Positions 38,110 through 50,101 of a stretch of 64,000 nt of DNA are shown here, in pieces; the stretch's first letter is position 1, and each line of letters opens with the position of its first letter. Source of the DNA: Ranitomeya imitator (taxonomy: Eukaryota). The notes beneath the pieces are model-generated. The model had not been told where the DNA came from. It was given only the letters and a program-made list of their open reading frames with translations, and did no database searches. The stretch is from contig NC_091289.1 in the NCBI RefSeq assembly GCF_032444005.1, positions 128,402,001 through 128,466,000 of the forward strand, written 5' to 3'. Both the position numbers and the translations under genes were made by a program.

Positions 38110-39766
38110 TTACAAAAGTAACATTCATCATGTTAGATCATTTTTACACACTGATCTTTATATTGACACAAACTGGTCCTCCCAATACAATAGGACCCAA
38201 GTTGTCACGGGTGACAGAATAGCACGAAACTTGACATGTCTCAAGAAGGCACTAGTTGTTCCGAGCAAGAAAAATGCATAGGATAGGACTGTCTTTGGGT
38301 CTACAGTACACTATATTAGTCAGCAGCCACAATTTGCAGTCCTATGTAAAATAAATATACTATATAGTCCTACGATATGACAAACGCAGTCCTTCTATTA
38401 CAAGTATTTTATTGTTAGATGCATCATAGTCTATCAATGTCATACTTTAAAAGTTATGAAAATAATCCGACAAAGTAGTGACAATATGAGAAAAATGTCA
38501 TAACAGAGCGGCGTCATCTTAATCGCTCTCCAAACCCATAAATCGTCGGTGAGACCTGAGACTTTTGCTGGTGGGCCCTTTAACTCCTATTCCTCTACCT
38601 GTCAAAACACTAAGAAGAAAAAAAAAAAAGAAAAGAGGACGACAGCAGCAGCGCCGCAAACTACACTGGTCCATGACTCCGGCTGGCAGTGGAGATTTTC
38701 CACACTCAGGATTACTATGCAGCCAATCAGACCCTGAGGCTCCTCTACCCAACCCCAGACCGCAGAATGCATTACCGATACAGATAACAAATACATACAA
38801 AATAAATCCATCAATCTTTTTTTTTTTTTTTTTTTGCCAAAATTGTCATATTAATCATTCAGATATGTGATTATATTATTTTTTTGTTTTTTTATTTCAA
38901 TGTGCTTAATGCCATCGCTCAGATATAAATATGAATGTATTACGGATATGGACATTTAGATGCACAAGGACATTTACATTTACCAGTAATCATGGAAATA
39001 TAGACACACGGTCACATTAAACCACCATATCCGTAGATCACTCTGTGTGTAAGACGATACGCTAGGGACTATGTGTGCTAGGACGGGATATTCATGTATT
39101 TATCTACAAAAAAAGAAATGGTGCTTTAGTAATTGGATTTCACATGCACCAGGGACGGGAATTAGCTGTTTACCCATATGCTGCATCACTTCGGTCACCA
39201 ACGCGTTTCAGTCCAATAACCCAATGACCACTATGCATTTACTTAGACATTCGGGAGAGAATCCTTGACTTTAAATGCCACTTCATTAAGATGTAATTAG
39301 ACATCAGAAGAAAGCAATGTGCATATCCTCCTGAGACATGCCAGCTATAGCTGCCCACAGCGATATCTGGGGTTCTGTCTAAAGTCTGAGGAGAATGAGG
39401 GCAAGGATTAGTTGGCATTCTGCTTTAGTGTGAGATTCAGCGAGGTCTGGCCAGCCTCCAGCCAGATTAGAGCATGGCAATGCTGCTGTCAGGAGCAGTT
39501 CTCTTCAGCTATCGATGGCTTTCCATGGGAAGTTATCTGCCTTTCCTACAATCCTCATAAATAAAGTTCTCCTCGCCTCCTTCATTGACTCCCTCCCTGG
39601 CTTTCTCTGCAGTGAGTGCTGCCCATCTACACAATTGATTCTGCCACCTCCAGATTGTGCCTGCTGCCTGTCACAGCAGTGATCTGTGTGGCATGGACCT
39701 CTGCCCAGCACCAGAGATGAATGGACCCTGGTGGCACCCCTCACATGGCATGCTAGTTTACTGTAC

Positions 39767-39826
39767 CTGAGCAGGCTCCAGCAGAGCCAGGATGGTGACG
39801 ATGAGGAGGCTTGGAGAAGTCTGCAT
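39767..39826 (-). CDS. Probable first coding exon of a secreted or membrane host protein (signal peptide MQTSPSLLIVTILALLEPAQ)
   Basis: ATG with A at -3, a 20-codon hydrophobic core, then CAG|GTACAG donor (phase 0). Unspliced reading stops two codons later. Lies in unique GC-rich sequence. Confidence 0.6.
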
Positions 39827-39866
39827 GATGCTGCTCCCCTGTCTGGCCGGCACATCAGCACTGATC

Positions 39867-39892
39867 GCTGCTGCTGCTGCTGCTGCTGCTGC
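39867..39892 (-). repeat. (CAG)8 trinucleotide repeat
   Basis: GCT x8 on the plus strand. Confidence 0.97.
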
Positions 39893-39970
39893 ACATCCTG
39901 CGCTGTCCCTGGTGCTGATCCAGCAGCCAAAGTTTGGAGCCCAGCAGAAGGCGAGAAGCGGTAAGAGGAT

Positions 39971-40016
39971 GGAGGAGGAGGAGGAGGAGGAGGAGGAGGA
40001 GGAGGAGGAGGAGGAG
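39971..40016 (+). repeat. (GGA)15 trinucleotide repeat
   Basis: Seen directly. Confidence 0.97.
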
Positions 40017-40692
40017 AGCTTCTACAAGAGGTGCTCAGACCTGGACAACGGATGTGACATCACTACATCTCTGGGGGTCCTGCTGGCATTGATTTTTTTT
40101 TTGGGGGGGAAGTCTTCAAGTAGGTGCCCCAAAATCAGAGTTAGGGGTAATGACACAAAGCTTATGTCTTCACCATACAAGAGCCATGTTCTGCTCTCTG
40201 GACTTCTCCTCTGAGCAAAAAGTCCACAGTCCGATGCCCACCTCGTGCCTGGGTGATCTGCAGAGACGAGCTGCTCCCCTTGGCTGTGTGCCTGGTGCTG
40301 GGGATGGTCTCAGCCACTACCTCACACTGAGAGACTTAGCAGAGCTCGCTCAGGGAGGGGGGATGTCTCCAGGGTGGCTCAGAGCCCACTGCAGAGCACT
40401 GCTTGGTCATGCCAGGAGGGAGAGAGGGTGGCCAGAGAGGGGTTAATGGCAGAGGCAGGAGCCGTTCAGATGTGGTGGGTGGGGGATTGGTGGAGGTGGG
40501 ACAGAAAGGAGGAACACGATGAGAGGTGGGAGAGGAGAAGACCCCTCAGGAGATACAAGGAGCTCATAAACCTACAACCTGTTACCTTATCTCCTGTGTG
40601 CTGGACAGCTGCCATGTATGGTGTATATAGCAATATAAACCAATATATACTGTATATATATACACACCTGAGATACTAAGATGCAAACAGAA

Positions 40693-40836
40693 NNNNNNNN
40701 NNNNNNNNNNNNNNNNNNNNNNNNNNNNNNNNNNNNNNNNNNNNNNNNNNNNNNNNNNNNNNNNNNNNNNNNNNNNNNNNNNNNNNNNNNNNNNNNNNNN
40801 NNNNNNNNNNNNNNNNNNNNNNNNNNNNNNNNNNNN
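40693..40836. other. Assembly gap (N run)
   Basis: 144 Ns. Confidence 1.
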
Positions 40837-41625
40837 CAAAGAGAAAGCTGACATGCATGATATATCATGCATGGTGTATAGTGAAGTGAAGATGAACTAT
40901 TTTTTTTAGAGAATAAAAAGTCGGATGCCATACGGAGATACAGTCCAGCATCTGATTTTTAGAGATACAATGCAATTCTGTAACATACCAAACTAAATGG
41001 TCTTTTACATCATTAATAGCTGCTGTGAAAAAAACGGATTGAGCACTGACAGCACACGGATGACAAGTGAGAAAAAAACTTCCAACTTTTGTGGATGAAA
41101 CACTGACTTATGATTTATTCACTTGCATGGACCTACCCTAAGAGCTTCAGATCGTGACTATAGCTTTACCATTGCTGAAGATATATTTCCCTTAACAAGC
41201 CATACTATCTGCTCATTACTATCTAAACTGCCTTTTACATGTCCTAAGACAGTTGTATTTTAATACAGCATTCTGACTTGGGTGCAGGGTGGTTCTGTAA
41301 CTGCTCATCCTGGGCCTCCTGGTTCATGATGAGAGAATTACACTGACTGTTTGCTAGAAAGAATAAGCAGGGAGTAAATCATTCTGTAATGCACGTTTTT
41401 GTTCTCATACATGCCTTGTAGAAATCTGGGCGACAGCACTAATGGAGGATATCATGGTGACCTTTTTTATCTTAAGAGACCATTATAACCCATTACTGCC
41501 TCAATACAACATTAAAATCATCTATATGTTTTGTATAAATGCTATTAATCCATTGCGGTCCCATAGTATTTATTATTATTTCCTGACAGCTTCAGCAAAA
41601 AATGTGCCACTCATAACACTATATA

Positions 41626-43231
41626 TAGTGGGGCAAAAAAGTATTTAGTCAGTCAGCAATAGTGCAAGTTCCACCACTTAAAAAGATGAGAGGCGTCTGT
41701 AATTTACATCATAGGTAGACCTCAACTATGGGAGACAAACTGAGAAAAAAAAATCCAGAAAATCACATTGTCTGTTTTTTTAACAATTTATTTGCATATT
41801 ATGGTGGAAAATAAGTATTTGGTCATAAACAAAATTTCATCTCAATACTTTGTAATATATCCTTTGTTGGCAATGACAGAGGTCAAACGTTTTCTGTAAG
41901 TCTTCACAAGGTTGCCACACACTGTTGTTGGTATGTTGGCCCATTCCTCCATGCAGATCTCCTCTAGAGCAGTGATGTTTTTGGCTTTTCGCTTGGCAGC
42001 ACGGACTTTCAACTCCCTCCAAAGGTTTTCTATAGGGTTGAGATCTGGAGACTGGCTAGGCCACTCCAGGACCTTGAAATGCTTCTTACGAAGCCACTCC
42101 TTCGTTGCCCTGGTGGTGTGCTTTGGATCATTGTCATGTTGAAAGACCCAGCCACGTTTCATCTTCAATGCCCTTGCTGATGGAAGGAGGTTTGCACTCA
42201 AAATCTCACGATACATGGCCCCATTCATTCTTTCATGTACCCGCATCAGTCGTCCTGGCCCCTTTGCAGAGAAACAGCCCCAAAGCATGATGTTTCCACC
42301 ACCATGCTTTACAGTAGGTATGGTGTTTGATGGATGCAACTCAGTATTCTTTTTCCTCCAAACACGACAAGTTGTGTTTCTACCAAACAGTTCCAGTTTG
42401 GTTTCATCAGACCATAGGACATTCTCCCAAAACTCCTCTGGATCATCCAAATGCTCTCTAGCAAACTTCAGACGGACCTGGACATGTACTGGCTTAAGCA
42501 GTGGGACACGTCTGGCACTGCAGGATCTGAGTCCATGGTGGCGTAGTGTGTTACTTATGGTAGGCCTTGTTACATTGGTCCCAGCTCTCTGCAGGTCATT
42601 CACTAGGTCCCCCCGCGTGGTTCTGGGATTTTTGCTCACCGTTCTTGTGATCATTCTGACCCCACGGGGTGGGATTTTGCGTGGAGCCCCAGATCGAGGG
42701 AGATTATCAGTGGTCTTGTATGTCTTCCATTTTCTAATTATTGCTCCCACTGTTGATTTCTTCACTCCAAGCTGGTTGGCTATTGCAGATTCAGTCTTCC
42801 CAGCCTGGTGCAGGGCTACAATTTTGTTTCTGGTGTCCTTTGACAGCTCTTTGGTCTTCACCATAGTGGAGTTTGGAGTCAGACTGTTTGAGGGTATGCA
42901 CAGGTGTCTTTTTATACTGATAACAAGTTTAAACAGGTGCCATTACTACAGGTAATGAGTGGAGGAAAGAGGAGACTCTTAAAGAAGAAGTTACAGGTCT
43001 GTGAGAGCCAGAAATCTTGATTGTTTGTTTCTGACCAAATACTTATTTTCCACCATAATATGCAAATAAATTGTTAAAAAAACAGACAATGTGATTTTCT
43101 GGATTTTTTTTTCTCAGTTTGTCTCCCATAGTTGAGGTCTACCTATGATGTAAATTACAGACGCCTCTCATCTTTTTAAGTGGTGGAACTTGCACTATTG
43201 CTGACTGACTAAATACTTTTTTGCCCCACTG
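41626..43231 (-). mobile_element. Full-length Tc1 transposon, copy 1 (1606 bp)
   Basis: ~205-bp IR/DR-type TIRs ((C/T)AGTGGGGCAAAAAAGTATTTAGTCAG), TA TSD. One terminal C is mutated to T. Confidence 0.97.
41842..42864 (-). CDS. Intact Tc1 DD34E transposase, 340 aa
   Basis: Uninterrupted ORF with paired-like N-terminus, GAPRK linker, [14 protein letters not shown] and SPDLNPIE; 34 residues between the second D and E. Confidence 0.97.
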   Translation of the reverse strand: MVKTKELSKDTRNKIVALHQAGKTESAIANQLGVKKSTVGAIIRKWKTYKTTDNLPRSGAPRKIPPRGVRMITRTVSKNPRTTRGDLVNDLQRAGTNVTRPTISNTLRHHGLRSCSARRVPLLKPVHVQVRLKFAREHLDDPEEFWENVLWSDETKLELFGRNTTCRVWRKKNTELHPSNTIPTVKHGGGNIMLWGCFSAKGPGRLMRVHERMNGAMYREILSANLLPSARALKMKRGWVFQHDNDPKHTTRATKEWLRKKHFKVLEWPSQSPDLNPIENLWRELKVRAAKRKAKNITALEEICMEEWANIPTTVCGNLVKTYRKRLTSVIANKGYITKY

Positions 43232-43297
43232 TACATTTAACGGTCACCACCTACATTCTGCACATGCACCACCGGTACCCTAAGCACATAGCACATA

Positions 43298-43438
43298 CAG
43301 CGCTGGCAAAAGTTAAGAGACCACTGCAAAATGTTCAGTTTGTCTGATTTTTCTCTTTTCAATTGGGTTAAGGTCTGGAGACTGGGCTGCCCATGACAGG
43401 GCTTTAAAGTGGTGGTCTCTTAATTTTTGCCAGAGCTG
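43298..43438. mobile_element. 141-bp internally deleted Tc1 derivative
   Basis: TIR CAGCGCTGGCAAAAGTTAAGAGACCAC / GTGGTCTCTTAATTTTTGCCAGAGCTG, TA TSD. The antisense core encodes [11 protein letters not shown]. Confidence 0.85.
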
Positions 43439-43471
43439 TATATACCTCCCAAATGCCACCTGCATTTGCAG

Positions 43472-45195
43472 CACCTGATCCCTGGACCTATAGGCACCTG
43501 ATCACTCGATCTATAGGCACCTCAACATTGGTCCTATAGGCATCTGATCACTGGACCTATAGTCACCTGATCAATGGACCTATAGGCACCCGATCACTAC
43601 ACTTATAAGTACCTGATCACTGGACCTATAGGCATCTGATAACTGCTCCTATATGCACCTGATCAGTAGATCTATATTCACCTGATCACTGGACCTATAA
43701 GCACCTGATCACTGGACCTATGGGCACCTGATCACTGGACCTATGGGCACCTGATCACTGGATCTATAGGCACACCTGAACACTGGACCTATTGTCACCT
43801 GATTAGTGGGCCTATAAGCACCTGATCAGTGGGCCTATAGGCATCTGATCACTGGACCCCTAAGCACCTGATCACTGGATTTATATGCACCTGATCAGTG
43901 GACCTATAGGTACCTTATAACTGATCCTACAGGCACCTAATCACTGGACCTATAGGTATATGATTACTGGACCTATAGGCACCTAATCACTGGACCTATA
44001 GGTGCCTAACCAGTGGACCTATAGGCACCTGATCACTGGACCTTTAGGCGCCTGATCACTGGACCTATAGGCACCTGATTACTCATCCTATAGGCATATG
44101 ATTACTGGACCTATAGCCACCTATTGACTGGACCTATAGGCACCTAATCAATGGATCTCTAGGCATCTGATCACTGGACCTTTAGGCACCTGATCACTGG
44201 ACCTTTAGGCACCTGATCACTGGACCTATAGGCACCGGATTACTCATCCTATAGGCACATGATTACTGGATCTATAGTCACCTATTCACTGGACCTATAG
44301 GCACCTAATCAGTGGACCTCTAGGCACCTGATCACTGGACCTTTAGGCACCTGATCACTGGACCTATAGGCAGCTGATTACTCATCCTATAGGCATCTGA
44401 TCACTGGACCTATAGGCACCTGATCACTGGACCTATATGCACCTCATCAGCGGACCTTTAGGCACCTGATTGCTGAACCTATAGGCACCAGATCACTGGA
44501 CCTATATGCACCTGATCACTGGACATTTAGTCATTTTATCAATGGACCTCTAGGCAGCTGATCATTGGACCTATAGGCACCTGATTACTGGACCTATAAT
44601 CACCTATTCACTGGACCTATAGGCACCTAATCAGTGGACCTCTAGGCTCCTGATCACTGGACCTTTAGGCACCTGATCACTGGACCTCTAGGCACCTGAT
44701 CACTGGACTTATAGGCACCTGATTACTCATGCTGTAGGCACCTGATCGCTGGACCTGTACCCACCTTCTCACTGTACCTATGTGCACCTCATCACCAGTC
44801 CTATAGGTGATTGCTGGATCAATAGACACCAGATCACTGGATGTATATGCACCTGATCATTTGTCCTATAGGCACCTGATAACTGGACCTATAGGCACTT
44901 GATTACTCATCCTATAAGCACCTGATCACTGGACCTATAGGCACCTGATCACTGGACCTATATGCACCTCATCACCGGTCCTGTAGGCACCTGATTGCTG
45001 AACCTATAGGCACCAGATCACTGGACCTATATGCACCTGGTCAGTGGTCCTATAGGCACCTGATCATTGGTCCTATAGGCACCTGATCACTGGATCTATA
45101 GGCACCCGATCACTGGACCTATACCCTCCTTCTCTCTGTACCTATATGTATCCCATAACTGGTCCAATAGACACCTGATCAGTGGACCTATAGAC
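43472..45195 (+). repeat. 23-bp minisatellite (CACCTGATCACTGGACCTATAGG)n, ~75 degenerate copies
   Basis: Head-to-tail units without unique spacers. Confidence 0.95.
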
Positions 45196-45576
45196 ACACG
45201 CACTGTACTCAATTTGGAGCAGTGTTGCATTTGTGTGTAGAGCCTACACTTTACATCCATGCCGCACATGTGCCAACTACAACCTGAACACCTGCCTCAC
45301 ATGTGCCACCTTACACGCAAATCACTTGACATAGATCACTTTACACACCAGCACATTTTAACCCCTTAAGGACCTCCAATATGTCTTTTTACTGACTTGA
45401 GATTTAAGAGAATAACATCCTCCCCGATGAGTGAAAAAACCGCAGTTGTCAGTTGCATACTATAGCTGCATCAGCCACGATCAGTGATGGCACCAACCAT
45501 GGTTGTTTAATCGCTTAGATGCTGCTGTCAATAGTGACTACGGCATCTACATAGTTAACAGAGTGTGGGGGCTCCA

Positions 45577-46695
45577 TATATATGGCACAGACTTTGGTAG
45601 ACAAGGACAATGACTCCTGCCTATAGCTCTATAAACTACTAAGGACAATTAATCTATAAGTCCCCTGATGAACCCCCTGAGGAAAGATTACAGGGGAGAA
45701 ACGCGTCGGGACAGCGTGAGCTAATGTATCTACATGTCTGCAAAAAGGGAATCCCTGAGGAGCAAAGAGCTAAGCGAACGATTCTTAAGAGCTATGGTTT
45801 TTGAATCATATGTTGCATCAGTCATGCATGATATTGATGTGGGTATATTTCTCCGATGATAAACCATCGAGCCGTTAATGTACGTCTAACTAATTTTTCT
45901 GTGACACCCATAAGGGCAGCTTAGATTCAGCATAGCTACATAGGGTATTGTTCTCTTGTGTTTAAATTTTTGAGCTGTCAAAGCAATTTTCCATAATACC
46001 CATATAGGGCAGCTTAGATTCAGTATAGCTCTCCTCTTTGTTGTTTTTTTGCCTTGTGGCACTCTATAGTCTGACCACAGATATTTAAAGTCTCCAAGTG
46101 ATTATTGTAACATATTAATGTCTATGTGGTGAAGTAATAGAGGTAGTTACAGTTAGACTGGCTTAGTGAATAGATAGTAGTGCTTATGTGTGTTCATTAT
46201 GGATCTATATTGATCCATATTTTTGTGTTTTGTCTGTGATTATTAGAGTATTAGGGATCACCCAGGGATTTAAGGGGCAGCCGTCGTGGAGCGGGGGCGC
46301 CACATCGCATATTTAGGGTGCCAACCTCTGCTGAGGAAGGATACCAGAATCTAGGGCCTATTAGGGCAAGGATAGGCATATTATACCCTGCACAATCTTT
46401 TTTTCAATTTTTTAATTTTTTAATTTTGATATTTTTGTTATTATTACTTTTTTTCATTTTTTTCATTTTTTACTATATTTGTTTTTTTTTGTTGTTTTTT
46501 TTTTTGTTTTTTTTGGTATCACAAAAATTGTTTCTGTATATGCGATTCTATACATAGGCTGTATCCCTAATTCCTGGTATATGATTCCCTAGTGGGATGT
46601 TTTTTTATCTAGTTTTTGGATTTATGGTATTATCTGGGATTATTAATAAAGATTTATGATTTTAGGGGTAGGTTGTTGTTTGGTAGTGCAGCCTC
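45577..46695 (+). mobile_element. Penelope-like pLTR/3' region
   Basis: Begins with a hammerhead motif, has an internal direct repeat (~45908-45937 / 45999-46029) and AATAAA near 46645. Boundaries approximate. Confidence 0.6.
45660..45712 (+). ncRNA. Minimal type I hammerhead ribozyme (Penelope-type)
   Basis: GTCCC-CTGATGA-AC CCCCTG...CAGGGG A-GAAAC GC GTC-GGGAC: 5-bp stem I, 6-bp stem II, palindromic ACGCGT. Predicted cleavage after C45707. Confidence 0.85.
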
Positions 46696-47792
46696 ATATT
46701 TAACCTCATTGGCACCCTGAGATCATGATTGTGTCCTGATGTTTGCCATGGCAATTCACAGCCAAATAACAGCCTAGAGTCTGTATATAGTGACCTCTTC
46801 AGAAGTTAGCGACATTTAGGTGGTAAGAAATTAAATGTTTAATTCCTGTCATGCCATCGTACATATATGACTGAAAGGCACTTGAAGGGTTCATAAACTA
46901 CCTGAAATTAGTGTTGAATATGTTGAGGGGTGCTGTGTTTGATTTGGTATCACTTTGGGGGATTTTCCAATATATAGGTCTCCCAAAGTCACTTCAAAAC
47001 TGAATAGGTCCGTAAAAACATGTTTTGCAAATTTCCTTGAAAAAATGAAAAATGACTGCTACAATTTTACAGCTTCCAACATCCTAACAAAGTAAAAGAA
47101 CATTTTATAGATGGTGCTGATGTAAAGCACACATGGGTTAAATGGTATTTATTAACTATTTGACGCGGTATGACAGTCTAGACTAAAGCGATCATCATTC
47201 CAAGTTTAAAAATTACATTGTTTTAAAACTATTGCTAAATTACTGATATTTTTATTAAAAAAAAGAAAACAAAACATATCAACCTAAATATACCACTAAT
47301 GTAAAGTTATAACTCCTCACGACAAAACAGTCTCAGAATCACTGGGAAACGTTGATATTCCAGATTTGAAAAATGTGGCCTGGTGTGGCTGAGGTTAAGC
47401 ATTGGTCAAATGCTGTAACTATCTGACTTTGGAGGTGATAACAGCAGACTGGCGGAAGTGTCGGCTGTCGGACCACCACACATCGTGCATAAGGGTAGGT
47501 CATCAGTGTATAAATAGTGCACAACCTCTTCAGGAGATCTGAACCTGTTGTCATCTTACAACAACCTGACGCTGCACCTCCCGAGGAATACCTATGGCAA
47601 GTAATATATATGGCATGTAATGAATAAAGTGGGAGCCATATGCTGAATATTTCTTTCCTTTCTCTGATGCGAGAAGTGAAATGACAGAATGCGTGTGAAT
47701 GATACCTATTCATTAGGGTAACTTCTGCCATAACAAAAAACTTATGCAAAGTAGGTGTTCTGGTTTGGAGGATCCGGCATACCAATACTGTG

Positions 47793-47984
47793 AAAAAAGT
47801 GGAAAATCAAACAAGCGCAAATTCATTAAAACATCACATTTATTTGTAGATAATTAGGAGCTAGTCTTGCTCGAAACGCGTCGACCGTTGCGCTAACATG
47901 TTTTTTAAACTTTACTTTTTCATGTTTTGATCTACAAATAAATGTGATTGATGAATTTTGCATTTGCTGGATTTTCCACTTTTT
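47793..47984. mobile_element. Fold-back Penelope-like remnant with half hammerhead
   Basis: Inverted arms 47793-47851 / 47930-47984 enclose GAGC..GCTC-GAAACGCGTC; the CTGANGA half is missing. Confidence 0.6.
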
Positions 47985-48845
47985 GCTCGCGATTCACTTG
48001 CTCGCGAAACCAGCCTAAAGTCACTGTGCTCTGCACCCTTATTCCAGGCATTTATCAACACGGTGAGCTGATGCCAATATATACCAATACTGTATATTAC
48101 ATGAAAACCTATTCTTTTGGAGGAGCATTAGGTAATGCCACATTTCTCCTCTGCCCAACCCTTATGCAGTTACTTCTAGCTGTGTAAATATTAAGTGTAT
48201 GCAATTTTGTCATTAATAGTTGCATAAAACTGTAAACTGCATTAACCAAGGCAATAAGGTCAAGTATTGCGCTACATGTTGAACATGCACATTAAAGTTA
48301 CCTGCAATAGATATTGAAGGCAATGAGGAATGCCAGATCTAGAAAAAAACTCCATATATCTGAATAATGCCGTAGCCATCTGTGCATTTCCATGCATACT
48401 CGTAGAGCATCTGGCCATTGCGGTAAAGAAAAGAGCAGCAACGTGTCTACTGCGTGTGAGCGTAGCCTAAGCCTTCCTATGTAATAGTGAAATATACAAA
48501 TAAAATGATACACTTCGCTTTCTGTTACCAATAATTCTTCTGCCACTATGTTTGATTACTCAGCAGTGACTAAGCAGGATCAGGAACTACTGACATTTAT
48601 TGTTGCAGAAAATGTTAAGCATTTCCTATTTTTTGGTGCAGTCATTTCATCCATATCTATGTAACAAAATATTTATAAGTAATAAAGGACTAAATCAGAA
48701 TGCAGGATTCATCACAGGATTCTGACTCCATTCTCCTTCCCCAAGACATCATTTGCCATGCTGAAACAGTGCATACACTGTGCTGATGTTAGTTGCTACC
48801 ACCGACATCTGTCAATTCTGCATTCAATGCCAAAGTAGTTATAAG

Positions 48846-49394
48846 CAGGGGCGGACATATCATTAGTTCAACCTGTGCAGCTGCTAAGAGGGCCCATAGG
48901 TTTCCACCTCCAAAGCAGATGGAATTGTGCATTATGATGAGCTGTTGGGCTCTTAGGCTACTTTCACACTTGCGTCAGTACGGGTCCGTCGCTAAGCGTC
49001 AGCGCGACGTACCGACGCACGTTGTGAAAATTTGGCCAAATTGGGCAGCGGATGCAGTTTTTCAACACATCCGCTTCCCATTGTAAAGTCCTGGGGAGGA
49101 GGGGGTGGAGTTCCGGACGCGCATGCGCGATAGGAAATGACGGACCCGACGTACGAAAAAACGTTCCCTTGAATGTTTTTTCATGCCGATGGTTCCCCAA
49201 AACACGACGCATCCAGTGCACGTCACAATCCGTCGCTAATACAAATCTACAAGTCTATGAGAAAATGCAGGATCCTGCATTCTCATAAAACGACGGGATG
49301 TGACGGAAGCTGAAAAACGCAATTGTGAAAGTAGCCTTAGGGGCCCATGTACTGTTTTTGCACAGTGGCCCTTCAATGACCGTGTCCACCAGTG
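48846..49394. mobile_element. hAT MITE interrupted by a Harbinger MITE
   Basis: CAGGGGCGGACA / TGTCCACCAGTG termini; imperfect 8-bp TSD GTTATAAG/ATCATAAG. Confidence 0.7.
48956..49336. mobile_element. PIF/Harbinger MITE
   Basis: TIR GGCTACTTTCACA / TGTGAAAGTAGCC, TTA TSD. Confidence 0.92.
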
Positions 49395-49797
49395 ATCATA
49401 AGTGACGGCAAAGTTCAGGATTATGCTTGGAGAAAGGAATAAGAGGCAAGGCTATGGGACCGCAGATAGGGTCTGCAAAAGCAAGGTTATGCAAAATTCT
49501 GCATAACATGCTGCCATAGTTACCCGGGTTTTCCAAACAGCAAGCACTGCGATAACAGCTTAATGGATTCTCCTATCCTATTGAATTTCCCTCTATTCCA
49601 GCTCTGTGGTTCTGGTGGCCTCCTCTAGGTCCACAGGTAAACACATGGACATTATTCACGTTGGAGGTGCTTCGAGTTATTAGCCTAATTGATTTTGAAC
49701 AAGAACACTGAAGTTAGTAAAAATGCCATGCCTTTTAAACTGATTTCCTTTTGAGGAATGTCACTCTAGCGTATGGCATATGCGATATACTAATGAC

Positions 49798-50101
49798 CAG
49801 TGATGAGCGAGTATACTCGTTGCTCCGGTTTTCCCTAGCACGCTCGGGTGGTCTCCGAGCATTTGTGACTGCTCGGAGATTAAGTTTTTATTGATGCAGC
49901 TGCATGATTTACAGCCACTAGCCAGCCTGAGTACATGTGGGGGTTGCCTGGTTGCTAGGGAATCCCCACATGTAATCAAGCTGTCAAGTAACAGTAAGTC
50001 ATACAGCTGGAAAACTAAATCTCTGAGCACTCACAAATACTCGGAGACCACCTGAGCGTGCTTGGGAAAACCTGAGCAATGAGTATACTCGCTCATCACT
50101 A
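49798..50101. mobile_element. hAT MITE (304 bp)
   Basis: (C/T)AGTGATGAGCGAGTATACTC TIRs; perfect 8-bp TSD CTAATGAC. Confidence 0.93.

Larger units (their letters stand above)
39827..40560 (-). promoter_or_regulatory. Putative 5' UTR/promoter of the minus-strand gene
   Basis: Non-transposon, GC/purine-rich block with (CAG)8 and (CCT)15 tracts directly upstream of the putative ATG. Confidence 0.5.
45362..47394. mobile_element. Old piggyBac-like TTAA element interrupted by a Penelope-like insertion
   Basis: TTAA-CCCCTTAAGG start and GAGG-TTAA end. The distal part resembles the 25750-26308 terminus. Confidence 0.55.

Noticed and set aside
39767-39826. Naming the host gene (loose recalled resemblance to the IGSF21 N-terminus)
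   Set aside because: Only 20 residues, and the donor is phase 0 whereas I recall a phase-1 junction for that gene. It cannot be assigned without a search.
39792-40214. Plus-strand ORF with poly-A and poly-E
   Set aside because: Explained by the antisense (CAG)8 and (GGA)15 tracts; no other coding evidence.
40582-40931. ORFs spanning N runs (also near 57 kb)
   Set aside because: Artefacts of translating through assembly gaps.
43472-45195. CRISPR-like appearance of the 23-bp repeats
   Set aside because: Units are contiguous with no unique spacers, there are no cas genes, and the context is eukaryotic.
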